From: an uncultured delta proteobacterium
GTDB lineage: Bacteria > Desulfobacterota > WTBG01 > CAIYCZ01
Length of the DNA stretch: 64,000 nt
Assembly (NCBI GenBank): GCA_963803975.1
Contig: CAWDOY010000047.1
Span: 160,001-224,000, forward strand
Direction: 5' to 3'
Shown: positions 11,082-22,391 of the stretch, one piece after another
Layout: each line of letters begins with the position of its first letter
How positions within the stretch are numbered: the first letter of the stretch is position 1
Program-made: the position numbers and the translations under genes
The notes under the pieces: model-generated
What the model was told of the DNA's origin: nothing
Seen by the model: only the letters and a program-made list of their open reading frames with translations
Database searches by the model: none

Positions 11082-12414
11082 TCAGTATGCCGGATAACCG
11101 AGCCGTGTGGCCGGCTTCATCATAGCGATGGCCTGCTCGGGGGTAAATTGTGCAAGCTTTTCTGCCAGCTGCGGCCGCTCTTTTTTAATCCGATCCAGAT
11201 GCGGCTGCATTCCCCGCATGATATGCCCGTAGAGGTTAAAGGGATTGAGAGACCAGAACAGTTTCTGGGTAATAACCTTGTGCAGATAATTTAATTCATC
11301 CTCGTTAAAAATACGGAAAAAGACCGGATAGCAGAGAAAGTCTTTATAGTCATGCGTTTCCGGCCAGTTCTTCTGCCACCACTCAATATAGTCCATAACG
11401 CCTTCCCGGTCGGCCTTGCCGGTATGCAGTGCTTTGCAGACCGCATTGGCTGCCTTATGACCTGACAGCAGTGCCCCGGTATTTTCAGCTTCGGCAAACC
11501 AGCAGCTGTCCCCCACAAACAGCACATTGTCCTTGAATGGTTCCCGGGCAGGGCCCCAGGCATTGATCACCGCGCAGCGCTTGTGCGTTACCTCGACCTT
11601 GTTGAACCATTTGCTGAAGGTGCTCTTCTGGGTGAAAAATTTAAGCTTTTCATCACCGTGCGATATAGAGCCAGTATTCGTCATCCCGGTAAGGGCTCGG
11701 GAGCATGCAGAAATGTACTGACCCCAGGTTCCCCTGATGGTCAAACGCATTGCCCATGCAGATCATCTCCGAGCGGTCAAATTTGACACCGGTTATATAA
11801 TAGCTTACCGAGGCGGAGGTGAAGAGAAAAACTCTTTCCTGGTTCAAACCAAGCCTTCGTGCCAGGCGGGAGTTGATGCCGTCGGCAGCAATACAGAAGG
11901 TACCGGTAATCTTGTCCCCGTTGCTTGTCAGCACCTCGACTCCTGCTGCCGTCTTGCCTGACATCAACAACATTTCGCTCAAGATAAAAATCAACCCCTG
12001 CCGTCTGTGCTTCTTCAAACAGGCCCTGCAAGCAGTGCTTCCTTGTTAAAAACAACTGCCGCCAGTGTCCTGGCCCGATGCATTTGCTTCATAATCCCCT
12101 ATTTCAATACGGTCCTCGGCATTGGGAGCGATGAAGTGGGTCCCATAGAATTCGCGGTAGCTGCCCTTATAGTTGACGGAAAAGTTATTCACCGGAAAAA
12201 TCCACTTCTGCTTTTCACGGGAAAAGTACATTCGCTCATTATAGAACGAATCCATGTTCATCAGAAACATCTGAGCGCAGGCCCGGTACACGAGGGCAGG
12301 ATGGGTTTTTCTCTCCAGAAGAGCCACGCTCAATCCATTTTCAGCCGCGGTTTTTGCAGCCTCCAGGCCTGATGTACCTCCCCCGACAACAACGAGATCA
12401 TATTTCTTGCTCAT
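11082..12414 (-). CDS. FAD-dependent oxidoreductase (geranylgeranyl reductase/FixC-like), paralog A, split over three frames
   Basis: YDLVVVGGGTSG, IAADG, VLFVGDS motifs. Confidence 0.85.
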
Positions 12415-12500
12415 GGATCAACCTCTCTGAAATGTACTATTATAAGTCCGTCGCCGGCACTGAGATTTTTTTGCTGTCCCCTGTATTCTCTTGTCTGCTC

Positions 12501-12542
12501 GCCCGCCGTAGCTTTATGCGCATGTGGATAGCGAAGGCGGGT
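12501..12542. repeat. REP-like palindrome, copy 1
   Basis: GCCCGCCGTAGCTTTATGCG...GCGAAGGCGGGT; first 20 nt identical to the copy at 14021. Confidence 0.7.
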
Positions 12543-12570
12543 CTTCTGTATTCTGTTCTCTGCCATCTCT

Positions 12571-13897
12571 TTAATAGTTCGGATACCCTGCCCGGGAGGC
12601 CGGCTTCATCATGGTAGTTGCCATCTCGGGCCGGAACATGGCGATCTTTTTCGCCAGAGCGGGGCGTTCCTGCTTGATCCGCTCAATATGCGGCTGTATG
12701 CCGATCATTACCCGCTCATAGAGCTTGAACGGGTTCATGGTCCAGGGCAGCTTCTGCGTGACAATCTGATGCAAATAGTTGTGCTCATCTTCAGTAAACA
12801 GGCGGTTAAAAACCGGGTAGCAGAGAAACTCCTTGTAATCATGGGTTTCAAGCCAGTTGCGCTGCCACCACTCGATATAATCCATGACCCCTTCCCGGCC
12901 GGGCTGTCCCGCTGTGCAATGCCGTGCAGACCGCATGGGCGGCCTTGTGGCCGGACAGCAGCGCGCCGGTGTTTTCCGCCTCGGCAAACCAGCAGCTGTC
13001 CCCGACAAACAGCACGTTGTCCTTGAACGGTTCCTTTGCCGGGCTCCAGTTGTTGATAACCGCGCAGCGCTTATGGGTCACCTGGACATTATGAAACCAT
13101 TTTTTAAACGGGCTTTTCTGGACAAAATACTCGAACCGCTCCGCGCTTTGGATATAGAGCCAGTACTCGTCATCGCGGTAAACGCTCGGCAGCATGGAAA
13201 AAGGAAATGTGCCGCGCCCGCTGGGGCCTGGGCAGATGCCGAGGAAAATGACCTCGGAGCGATCAAACTTGACCCCGGTTATATAATAGCTGATCGCCTT
13301 GCCGGTGTTGCAGAACACCCGGTCCTTATTCAACCCGAGCTTTCGTGCCAGCCGTGAATTTGCGCCATCCGCAGCAATGCAGAAGGTCCCGGTAAATTTC
13401 TCACCGCTGGTTGTCAATACCTCAACGCCCTGAGCGGTTTTGCGGGCATCTATCACGTTGCGCTCAAGATAATAGGTAACGCCTGCCTTTTTTCCCTCGG
13501 CATACAAACCGCCCAGCAGAACACCCTTGTCAAAAACCACTGCCGGGATTCCCGCACCTGTTGCATTGGCTTCATAGTCGCCGATCTCGATCCGGTCTTC
13601 TGCATTGGGGGCAATGAAATGGCATCCGTAAAATTCCCGGTAGGTACCCGGATAGTTAACCGTGAAATTATTGACCGGGAACACCCATTTTTTTGTTTCA
13701 CGGGAAAAGTACATCCGTTCATTATAGAACGAATCCATGTTCATCAGAAACATCTGGGCGCAGGAGCGCTGAATTTTTCCGGGATCAGTTTTCCGCTCCA
13801 GAAGAGCAACCGCGAGTCCGTTTTCAGCCGCGGTCTTTGCAGCTTCCAGCCCTGAAGTGCCGCCGCCCACCACTATGAGATCAAACTTTTTTGCCAT
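12571..13897 (-). CDS. FAD-dependent oxidoreductase, paralog B; indel near 12910
   Basis: Same motifs as paralog A, with long identical stretches (CAQMFLMNMDSFYNERMYFSRE; EPFKDNVLFVGDSCWFAEAENTGALLSGHKAA). Confidence 0.85.
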
Positions 13898-14020
13898 AAC
13901 AAACTCCAGACTTTTCAGATAACACTATACCCGGTCTTTACCGGGCACACCATACCATAACCATGCGGGGTTAAAAAGTAGAATTTGCATCCCGTGATGA
14001 TGGGGTGCTGTCCATTGCTT

Positions 14021-14049
14021 GCCCGCCGTAGCTTTATGCGAAGGCGGGT
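14021..14049. repeat. REP-like palindrome, copy 2
   Basis: GCCCGCCGTAGCTTTATGCGAAGGCGGGT hairpin. Confidence 0.7.
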
Positions 14050-14066
14050 TGACTATTGCCTGCTGC

Positions 14067-14954
14067 CTATTGCCTATTGCCTAATACACGCTCTATAGCC
14101 CAACGCAATTTCCGCAGCCGGAGAAACAGCCGCATGCGCATAAAATCTTTTCTCAGTCTTTTCCTGATGCCGGCATCTGTCCCCCAGTAGGAGCGAAGGA
14201 AATAAAGCTGGTCCCGCTCTGTCAGCGCCAGGCCCTGCCGGCTCAGTTTTACCATAGAGCGGCAGCAGCGCACCATATTGCTGCTGCGCTGGGCAGGAGA
14301 AATGTTTTCCTGTGCCCGCGATTTATCCCAGTCTATTATATAAACCGTATTCCGGTGCTCCGCATCTATGAGAATATTTTTCAGGTTCAGGTCCCCGTGG
14401 TAAAAGCCCCGGTCGTGCATAGCGCGGATGGCCCGCGCTGCCCGTGCAAGGAGCGCTCTCCTTTGTTTCTGAACGTTTCTTCAGCTGTTTCGGCACGGGC
14501 GGCGCTTAAAAATGCCGGCAGATCTCTGCACCCGGAAAGCTCTCTGGTTATAAGATAGCCGCGATAGAATGGCCCGGCAACCCTGAACGCGACCGCGGCC
14601 AGTACCGCTGCGGTGGGAATGCCGGCTTGCAGGGCAGCTGCGCCCACCCGCAGCTCTTCTAAAGGCCGCTGGTCCCCCCAGTACAGGTCCCGCACCAGAA
14701 AACGCAGCAGCCCTCCCCGGCGATAGGTCTTTATGATCATGCGCTCGCCGGGTCTGCCCGTCTATGGGAACTGCAGGCGTTGCGCCTCTTCCGCTATAGC
14801 GGGCAGAGCTGTCCCGGCACAGGGCACGGAGCTTTTCAGGATTATCTATACCCTGCTGCAGCAGCTCTGCCTTATAGTCTTCCCGGACAACCACGGTTGT
14901 ATGGCTGTCCCTGATAAGAGCAAATCCCGGGGGGCATGTAGCAGATGGTTTCAT
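14067..14954 (-). CDS. Kdo/lipopolysaccharide kinase (KdkA/InaA family), split over three frames
   Basis: GRGAT, KTYRRGGLL, HGDLNLKNIL, IIDWDK. Confidence 0.85.
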
Positions 14955-15060
14955 TAAGACGCCTGCCAAGGGTATTGTTAGTTCTGCCGGAGGTGAACCA
15001 GCACCGCCTGAGCCGCATAATAAAATCCCCCTGCCGTCTCTGTCAAATACTAAAATTAAC

Positions 15061-15088
15061 AGGCCCCGGCGCAGGAAGGCCGGGGCCT
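15061..15088. terminator. GC-rich hairpin, probable terminator of the minus-strand 15191-17500 unit
   Basis: AGGCCCCGGC-GCAGGAAG-GCCGGGGCCT perfect 10-bp stem. Confidence 0.6.
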
Positions 15089-15190
15089 GTTCCATAATCA
15101 TCCCGTTGTTGCGCAGTCATCCGGGTTCCGGAGGTCGTTCATTCCGCTGTCAGTTCCCTGTGCAACGGATTTCATACCACAGCCGGGCCA

Positions 15191-15745
15191 CTATTTATCG
15201 AACTGGGGATCCCCTTCAAATTTTATAGACTCAATACAGACACCTTTTATACCGCCATAGCCGGGGTAAACTTCCCCGTACACTTCTACTTCCCTTCCCA
15301 CCAGGGGAACCAGCGTGGCCCACGTGTTCAGCTTTGGTCCTTTTTTCTGCGCCTCAGTTAAGACTCTCGGTATGCGGGGTGAATTCATGCTCTGAGATAC
15401 GCTTTCACCTTTCCGCGGGGTCGGGTAATACAGGGTCCCGTCTTTGGTGAGAATAAAAACCTTGCTGTTCCGCTCTGCGCTGAATTTGGCAGGCCGCAGC
15501 TCTTCTTTCGAATAGGGCTGTTCATAATTTTTTTGTGGTGAGGTAGTACCGTTAAAAAGAGAATTTCCCTCCACAGCAACACCTTTTACGGTCTTTCCCT
15601 CCTGAGCCGCAGCAGAAAACTTGTCCTCTATAATCTTCATGCGCTCTTCATACGTAAGTTTTTTAGCTGCTGCCTCTTCAGCCTGGACTGATTGTGCAAA
15701 AAATATGGACACCAGAGCAATAAATATATATTTCCAATTTCTCAT
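15191..15745 (-). CDS. Exported hypothetical protein
   Basis: Signal peptide ending VQA-E; SD GAGGAGGAG. Confidence 0.7.
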   Translation of the reverse strand: MRNWKYIFIALVSIFFAQSVQAEEAAAKKLTYEERMKIIEDKFSAAAQEGKTVKGVAVEGNSLFNGTTSPQKNYEQPYSKEELRPAKFSAERNSKVFILTKDGTLYYPTPRKGESVSQSMNSPRIPRVLTEAQKKGPKLNTWATLVPLVGREVEVYGEVYPGYGGIKGVCIESIKFEGDPQFDK

Positions 15746-15798
15746 ATTCTCCTCCTCTAATCATTAAAAAGTGCTTAAACGTGACGATCGTGTTTCAA

Positions 15799-16671
15799 TT
15801 ATATAACATCCTTTGATTCTATCGCTTCCCTTTTTCTCTTGCGCAGATCATTGATAATTAAATAGGTTGAAACCGCAAAACCGCCGATAATGACCGACAT
15901 GATGGGCCAGTTGATATGCACCCAGGGTTCTTTCAGCATGCCCCATTTGGCAAGAATTTCCACATCATTCCACAGAATGGTCACGGTCGGAATAGCGTAC
16001 TTCAAATTGGCCCCGAATTTGTCATATCCTAGCAGTTTATAGCAGAGGTAGAAAAACACTGAGAACGAGGCAAAAAACACGAGATAGGTGAACCAGGACT
16101 CTTTGCCGAAAAGTTGTTCGTCGTAGGCGATCATGAGCAGGACATAAAAGGTCCAGGTTACCATAATATATTCGAAGGCAGTACGCGGCCCGTAGTTGTC
16201 AATCTTTCCGGTAGCAACCACCCCGCGCATAAGCCGGAGCTTTCTTCTCAGGAAGTAAATGAAATTACACCGGACGCTTTCCTGATACATGAGATAGGTA
16301 AAAACCATCACCAGGGCCATAACAGACCATTGCATCAGACGGTATTCCGGATAGCTGCCGTTCCATGCGTAGGTGACCCCCATGCGTTCCCCGGCGTACA
16401 TGAGGCTGTATTCCCAGGAGAACCACATGCCGAATCCGCCCATGATGCCGACAAAACTCTGCCACCCGTCGCTTTTTAAGAAGCGGGTCAGGTAAATGGT
16501 TACAAAACCGACAACAAAACAGATCTTGCCAAAATCAAACTTGATTTCAGGACTGTTCTTTTCAATCAGCACCATTACAATATGGCCGATCGCTGAAAGC
16601 CCGAATATCCACACCAGAGATACTGCAGTATAAAAGATGGATTTTAATGAAATGATTTTTTGTTTCGCCAT
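15799..16671 (-). CDS. Multi-pass membrane protein of unknown function
   Basis: About 8 hydrophobic segments; SD GAAAGGAAGG. Confidence 0.75.
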   Translation of the reverse strand: MAKQKIISLKSIFYTAVSLVWIFGLSAIGHIVMVLIEKNSPEIKFDFGKICFVVGFVTIYLTRFLKSDGWQSFVGIMGGFGMWFSWEYSLMYAGERMGVTYAWNGSYPEYRLMQWSVMALVMVFTYLMYQESVRCNFIYFLRRKLRLMRGVVATGKIDNYGPRTAFEYIMVTWTFYVLLMIAYDEQLFGKESWFTYLVFFASFSVFFYLCYKLLGYDKFGANLKYAIPTVTILWNDVEILAKWGMLKEPWVHINWPIMSVIIGGFAVSTYLIINDLRKRKREAIESKDVI

Positions 16672-16807
16672 GATCTATCCTTCCTTTCATGAAAATTGAA
16701 AAACTATGTAAAGCTACTCTGGTAGCAGTAAGCAATACTGAAACCGCACGATTACGTGAACACCATCAATAGCGGTGATATGAAAGACGGATATGATACG
16801 AGAATAA

Positions 16808-17116
16808 TTATAGAAGCAGCTGCACGGTGGTGGTGATGGAAAGGCCTATCGGCTGGCACAGCGGGGAAAAGTGCGGCCAGCGCACTTCTGACAAAAACGG
16901 GGCGCTGGCAGGAAGCGGGGTTTTTAAGAAGACCGGTGCCTGCGGGGATTGATATTCATTTTTTACCAGCTTCCGGTTTTTTTTAAAATCATCCTGATGT
17001 ATCAGCAGCTTGCCCCCGTGGCCGGCAGTGATAATTTCGGCATAGGGACACAGCATTAGAGAGACAAAGGAAAACAGAAGTAAAACTCTGAGGAAGCGCT
17101 TGCTATGGTCCTGCAT
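16808..17116 (-). CDS. Small membrane-anchored hypothetical protein (possible leader peptide)
   Basis: N-terminal hydrophobic helix, Pro-rich linker, hydrophobic C-terminus SITTTVQLLL. Confidence 0.5.
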   Translation of the reverse strand: MQDHSKRFLRVLLLFSFVSLMLCPYAEIITAGHGGKLLIHQDDFKKNRKLVKNEYQSPQAPVFLKTPLPASAPFLSEVRWPHFSPLCQPIGLSITTTVQLLL

Positions 17117-17131
17117 ACCGGGGCCTGTTGT

Positions 17132-17500
17132 TTAGCTTTTATTTGCCTTGCGGAACGTATCCATGACCGGCCGCAGCAGGCTATACATTTCATCAAGGAG
17201 TTTTTTTCCGAATGGCGTAAGAGCATAATACTTGCGATTGGCTCCCTGCGCTGAAGGCTCTGCATAGCTCTTCAGTATGCCGTCCTTTTCCAGAGAGCGC
17301 AGTTTTTTGTAAAGATTGTTCCGGTCAATATCAAAAAGCCCGTTGGTTATGGTTAAAATTTCTGCCTTTATCTCGTAGGCGTACTTTGCCCCCTGGTGGA
17401 TAAGCGCGAGAGCTGCAAACTGTAAGAAGCCCCTCTTTAAATCAAAGATGAGCTGGTCCATGTGCCGCCTGACGATTTGATGCTTATCTATATCATTCAT
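17132..17500 (-). CDS. PadR family transcriptional regulator
   Basis: LKRG, YAYEI, LYKKLRSLEKDG, RKYYALTPFG. Confidence 0.93.
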   Translation of the reverse strand: MNDIDKHQIVRRHMDQLIFDLKRGFLQFAALALIHQGAKYAYEIKAEILTITNGLFDIDRNNLYKKLRSLEKDGILKSYAEPSAQGANRKYYALTPFGKKLLDEMYSLLRPVMDTFRKANKS

Positions 17501-17691
17501 GTGGCCCTACCAATAGCAGAAGTTTTTTGATGAAATAGTTCCTTTAGATGTAGTCTTTAAGAATACTATTATAATAACACCAGGGCTTTGTCAAGGAAAA
17601 AAAGGATAGAATGTAAATAGGGTCTATTGTACTGGATTTTTTTGTGCTATATATGGAAACCTGTTCAGCAACTTAACAAGCGGAGAAACGT

Positions 17692-18511
17692 ATGTATTTT
17701 GTTGTATGTGTCAAAATGGTGCCTGATACCACCCAGGTAAAGATTGACCCCGTCACCAATACCCTGATCCGGGAGGGGGTCCCGTTTATCACCAATCCGT
17801 TTGATACCCATGCGGTGGAGGAGGCTCTGCGTTTAAAGGAGAAATACGGCGGCCGCGTAACAGCCCTTTCCATGGGGCCGCCTTCCGCGGAAGTTATACT
17901 GCGCAAGGCGCTGGCCCTCGGGGTTGACGATGCCGTGCTGTTGAGCGACCGCGCCTTTGGCGGCGCGGACACCCTTGCCACCAGCACGGTCCTGGCCGCG
18001 GCCATTGCCCGGCTGGCACAGCAGGAGCCGGTTGATATCGTGCTCTGCGGCAAGCAGACCATCGATGGCGATACCGCGCAGGTGGGGCCCGGAATAGCCA
18101 GCCGCCTGAAATTCGCCCAGCTGACGCTGGTTGACCGGGTTATTGAGATTCACAAGGAAAAGAAGATCATCGTGGTGCGCCGGGCACTGGAAGACCGCTA
18201 CGAAATCATAGAGTCAAGGCTGCCGGCAATGATTACCGTGGTGCGGGAGTGCAATCTGCCGCGCTACCCGACCGTGCCCGGCAGGCTTGAGGCGGCAGAG
18301 GTGAAGCCGCCGGTCTGGACCAATGATATCCTCAAACTCGATCCCAACACCATCGGCCTAAACGGCTCGCCGACCCAGGTGCGCAGAATCTTCGCGCCCC
18401 AGCGGGAAAAGGGCGAGATCATTGGAGGGAGAAGGAGATAAAAAAGATTTCGCCGTGGACACCATATTCGGTAAGCTTAGGGATTGGGATTTTGTGACAC
18501 TTGAAAAATAA
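17692..18511 (+). CDS. etfB: Electron transfer flavoprotein beta subunit; indel near 18430
   Basis: VCVKMVPDT, NPFD, GADTLAT, GKQTIDGDTAQVGP. Confidence 0.95.
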
Positions 18512-18608
18512 AGGGCTCAGGAGCTGCTGAGAACAGGAGTTTTACGGTTTATTAAACTCCCTGAACTCTTCAACTCTTAAACTCCTTAACTCATTTTTGG
18601 AGGATGTA

Positions 18609-19925
18609 ATGGAAGAAAAGCAGCAGAAAAAGAAACCGCGGGGAAAGGTACGGCTGATTCCCGGTAAATGCATTGCCTGCGGGGCCCGGTGCCAGATATC
18701 CTGCCCGGCTGATGCTATCCAGATGAATGACCAGGGCGAGCCGGTTATTGATCTGGAAAAATGTATCGGCTGCCGCAAGTGCGTCAAGGTATGCCCTGCG
18801 GAAGCCCTGGAAATGGTGTTACCCTGAAGATGGAAAAGCTAATTACCGTGATGGCGGTTGAAAGTATAATCAAGCAAGAAACAGCCGAGGTGAAGAAAGA
18901 CTGAATCAGACATCACGGAACTGGAAGGGGTATGGGTGTTTGTGGAACAGAGCGACGGCAAGGCACATCCGGTATCGTGGGAGCTGCTGGGCGTGGGCAG
19001 AACCCTTGCCAATGACCTGGACGTGGAACTTGCCGCGTTTATCCTCGGCTCAAAGATCAGGGGGCTTGCAGACGAGGCCTTTACCTACGGCGCGGACAAG
19101 GTATATCTTATTGATGACCCCCTGCTTGCCCAGTATCGCACCGAGACCTACCTCAACGCCACCATCTCGCTTATTCGAAAATACAAGCCGGAAATTGTGC
19201 TTATGGGTGCAACCGGATTGGGCCGCGATCTGGCGGGAGCAGTGGCCACGGAGCTGAGGACCGGGCTTACTGCAGATTGCACGGGCCTGGGCATTGACAA
19301 AAAGCGGCGGCTGCTGGAGCAGACCCGCCCTGCCTTCGGCGGCAATATCATGGCCACCATCATGACCGAAAAGGTGCGGCCGCAGATGGCCTCGGTGCGG
19401 CCCCACGTTATGCCGAAGCCGGAACCGCAGGCCGGCAGAACCGGTCCCATGGTCACCGAACCATTCCTGGTCGCGGAAAATCAGATACAAAGCGCCGTCC
19501 TTGAAGTGATACCGCTGCTGACCGACGGCTCGGTCAATATTGGCGGAGCCCCGGTGATTGTGAGCGGCGGTCGCGGCATGCTGAACTCCGACAGTTTTAA
19601 ATTGCTCTTTGATCTTGCCGAGCTTCTGGGCGGTGTGGTCGGCTGCTCGCGCAGCGCGGTTGATGCGGGCTGGGTGCCCCATGAACGCCAGGTCGGGCAG
19701 ACCGGCAAAACCGTGCGGCCGAAGCTCTACATTGCCTGCGGTATTTCCGGCGCCATCCAGCACCTGGTGGGAATGCAGGATGCGGAATATATCATTGCCA
19801 TAAACAAGGACAAGAACGCACCAATTTTTGAAGTTGCGCACCTCGGCATTGTGGGTGATGTGTTCGAGGTTATTCCCGCGCTCATTGACAAGCTTCGCAA
19901 CAGCGGAGCCCATCCAGTGACCTGA
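18609..19925 (+). CDS. etfA: Electron transfer flavoprotein alpha subunit, probably with an N-terminal 2x[4Fe-4S] ferredoxin domain (linker frameshifted)
   Basis: CIACGARCQISCP and CIGCRKCVKVCP; then TGLTADCT, QTRPAFGGN, QVGQTG, GISGAIQH. Confidence 0.9.
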
Positions 19926-19964
19926 TAGATATATTGATGTACTGCAGGTTAGAAAGGAGCTCAC

Positions 19965-21993
19965 TTGAGCAGCGTAGAATTATTAGTCTTTTACCTGGTG
20001 TTCATCAGCGCGATGGCGCTGTTTTTAAGAAATGTTTACCGGCTCTTTGCCATGATATGCCTGGGCCGCACGGAAAACCGCTTTGACCATCTGCGGACGC
20101 GGTTTAAAAACATGTGCGTCTATGCCTTTGCCCAGGCGCGGGTCGTCAGCGAAAAATTCGGCATCAACCACTTTTTCCTGTTCTGGGGCTTCATGGTGCT
20201 GGCGCTGATCAATTTTGAATTTCTGGTGTCAGGACTGTTCCCCCGCTTTTCCCTTGATTTCATCGGCGGCATTCCCTACGGTATCCTGCTGCTCTCGGCT
20301 GATATCATGTCGCTGGTGGTTCTGGTGTGCGTGATGGTCGCGGCCGTGCGCAGGATATTTTTCCGGCCTCCCCACATCGAGGCAAGCTTTGAAGCATTTT
20401 TCATCCTCTCGCTGGTCGCGTCCCTGATGATCGCCTATTTCGGGCTGCATGCCTGTGATATACGCCTGCGGGAAGAATACATGACGTCCTGGACCCCTGT
20501 TTCTTACGCCGTTTTCACCCTCTTAGCCAATGTCCCCACCCCGACAATACACCTGCTCTCCCGCATATTCTGGTGGATTCACGCGCTGGTGCTGCTCTTT
20601 TTCTTGAACTACCTTCCCTACAGCAAGCACCTGCATATCCTGACCGCGATTCCGAACTGCTTTTTCAGAAGCTTCTCCTTTGTGACCACCATACCGCGCA
20701 TGGTCTTCAAGCGGGGGATGCGTTTTGGCATCTCCAAGATCATCCAGTTTTCCTGGAAAGACCTGCTCGATTTTCTCTCCTGCACGGAATGCGGCAGGTG
20801 CGCGCGCGCCTGCCCCGCCACCTTCACCGGCAAGCCCCTCAACCCCATGCAGGTTATTCACGAGGGCAAGCTGAACCTCATGAAAAACGGCACGGCCCTG
20901 CTCACAACGCGCGCGCCGGACACGATTGCCCCGGCGCCGGAAGATGCAGCCATGGCGGTCCCCCTGATCAACGGCGGAGAGGACAATGTCTCAGACCGAC
21001 GCCATCTGGGCATGCACCACCTGCGGGGCCTGCATGGAGAAATGCCCGGTGTTCATCGAGCACGTGCCGAAAATCATCTCGATGCGGCGCCACCTGGTAA
21101 TGGAAAAGGCTTCGTTCCCGGAAGAGCTGATCGGCTTTTTCGAGAACTCCGAGCAGCGCTTCAACCCCTGGGGCATCGCGCCCAGCGAGCGCGACAAATG
21201 GGTACATGACCGCAACACGAAAATCCTTTCCCACGGCGCGCGGGTCGAATATCTTTTTTATGTGGGCTGCGCCGGGTCCTTTGACTCCCGGAGCCGCCAG
21301 GTAACCACTGCTCTGACCAAAATATTCAATGCCGCCCATCTCTCCTGGGGCATCCTCGGAATCGAAGAAAAGTGCTGCGGCGACTCCCAGCGGCGGCTGG
21401 GCAATGAATATGTGTTTGACCAGTTTGCCCGGGAAAATATCGAGATGTTTAAAAAGTACGGGGTCAGAAAAATCATCACCTACTGCCCGCACTGCTACAG
21501 CACGCTTAAAAACGACTACCGCCAGTACGGGGCTGACTTTGAAGTCATCCACCACACCGAGCTCATCAACAGCCTCCTGCAGCGGGGCAGCATAAAGCTT
21601 AAAAAACAGCACGACTGCTCAATCGTGTATCACGACTCATGCTACCTGGGCCGCTATAATAATATTTACCGCGAGCCGCGGGAAATACTGGCGAAAGTGT
21701 GCGGCGGCAGCCAGCCCCTTGAAATGCCGCGCCGCGAGGCAAAAAGCTTCTGCTGCGGCGCCGGCGGCGGCAGGATGTGGATGGAGGAGGATACCGGCAA
21801 GCGCATCTACCTTGAGCGCACCCAGGAAGCACTTGCTACCAAACCGGCAACCATCAGCGTGGCCTGCCCCTACTGCCTGACCATGTTTGAGGACGGCGTG
21901 AAGGACGAAAAAGCCCAGGATAAAGTAAAGGTGAAAGATGTTGCAGAAATTGTCGCAGAAGCGCTGATTAACGACACCATGATTTCGATATAG
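19965..21993 (+). CDS. Membrane Fe-S oxidoreductase (FadF/HdrD-like, ETF:quinone oxidoreductase type); indel near 20985
   Basis: N-terminal TM helices with His (WWIH, YSKHLH), CTECGRC and CTTCGAC clusters, two CCG domains, HDSCYLGR. Confidence 0.9.
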
Positions 21994-22027
21994 AAGCAGC
22001 GCAATAGTTATCTCAGGCAATCAGCAC

Positions 22028-22060
22028 AAAGCAGGAGCCGCAGCAGCTCCTGCTTTTTTT
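22028..22060 (+). terminator. Rho-independent terminator of the etf operon
   Basis: AAAGCAGGAGC-loop-GCTCCTGCTTT followed by a T-run. Confidence 0.85.
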
Positions 22061-22391
22061 AATGACTTTTTATTAGTTTATTAGGGACAACCACCACATA
22101 CTCCGCTTTGTTTTCGTGAAATCCTCATAGAGACTACGTACAGCGCCCGTTGATTTTAAACAGCTTTCAGCAGGCAGCTATCAGCAATTGTTTATCGCTT
22201 GTTGCGGCGGCGTTGAATGCGCCTCGCAATGACTATTTAAAACGAGTGTGAGCGGATGTTTATTAACGCATGGAGCAATCATTAGATCAGTAAGCGCTGT
22301 TTGTAGACGTTTTGGAACTGCTCCGGTATGTCTGCCTATTTCCCTCTTCATAAAACCAGTTACCTTTTGCTCCACAACTCATAATCCAGGT

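Noticed and set aside
15095..15180. Possible ncRNA (long imperfect hairpin)
   Set aside because: No SRP, 6S or riboswitch signature was recognisable; it cannot be supported without a covariance search.
18824..18827. Selenocysteine read-through at the TGA ending the ferredoxin frame
   Set aside because: The TGA is not at a Cys-equivalent position and etfA does not resume cleanly in frame; indels explain it better.
22061..22391. Gene interrupted by the IS4 element
   Set aside because: Rejoining the flanks across the TSD gave no recognisable ORF in the minus-strand frames examined; not all frames were checked.
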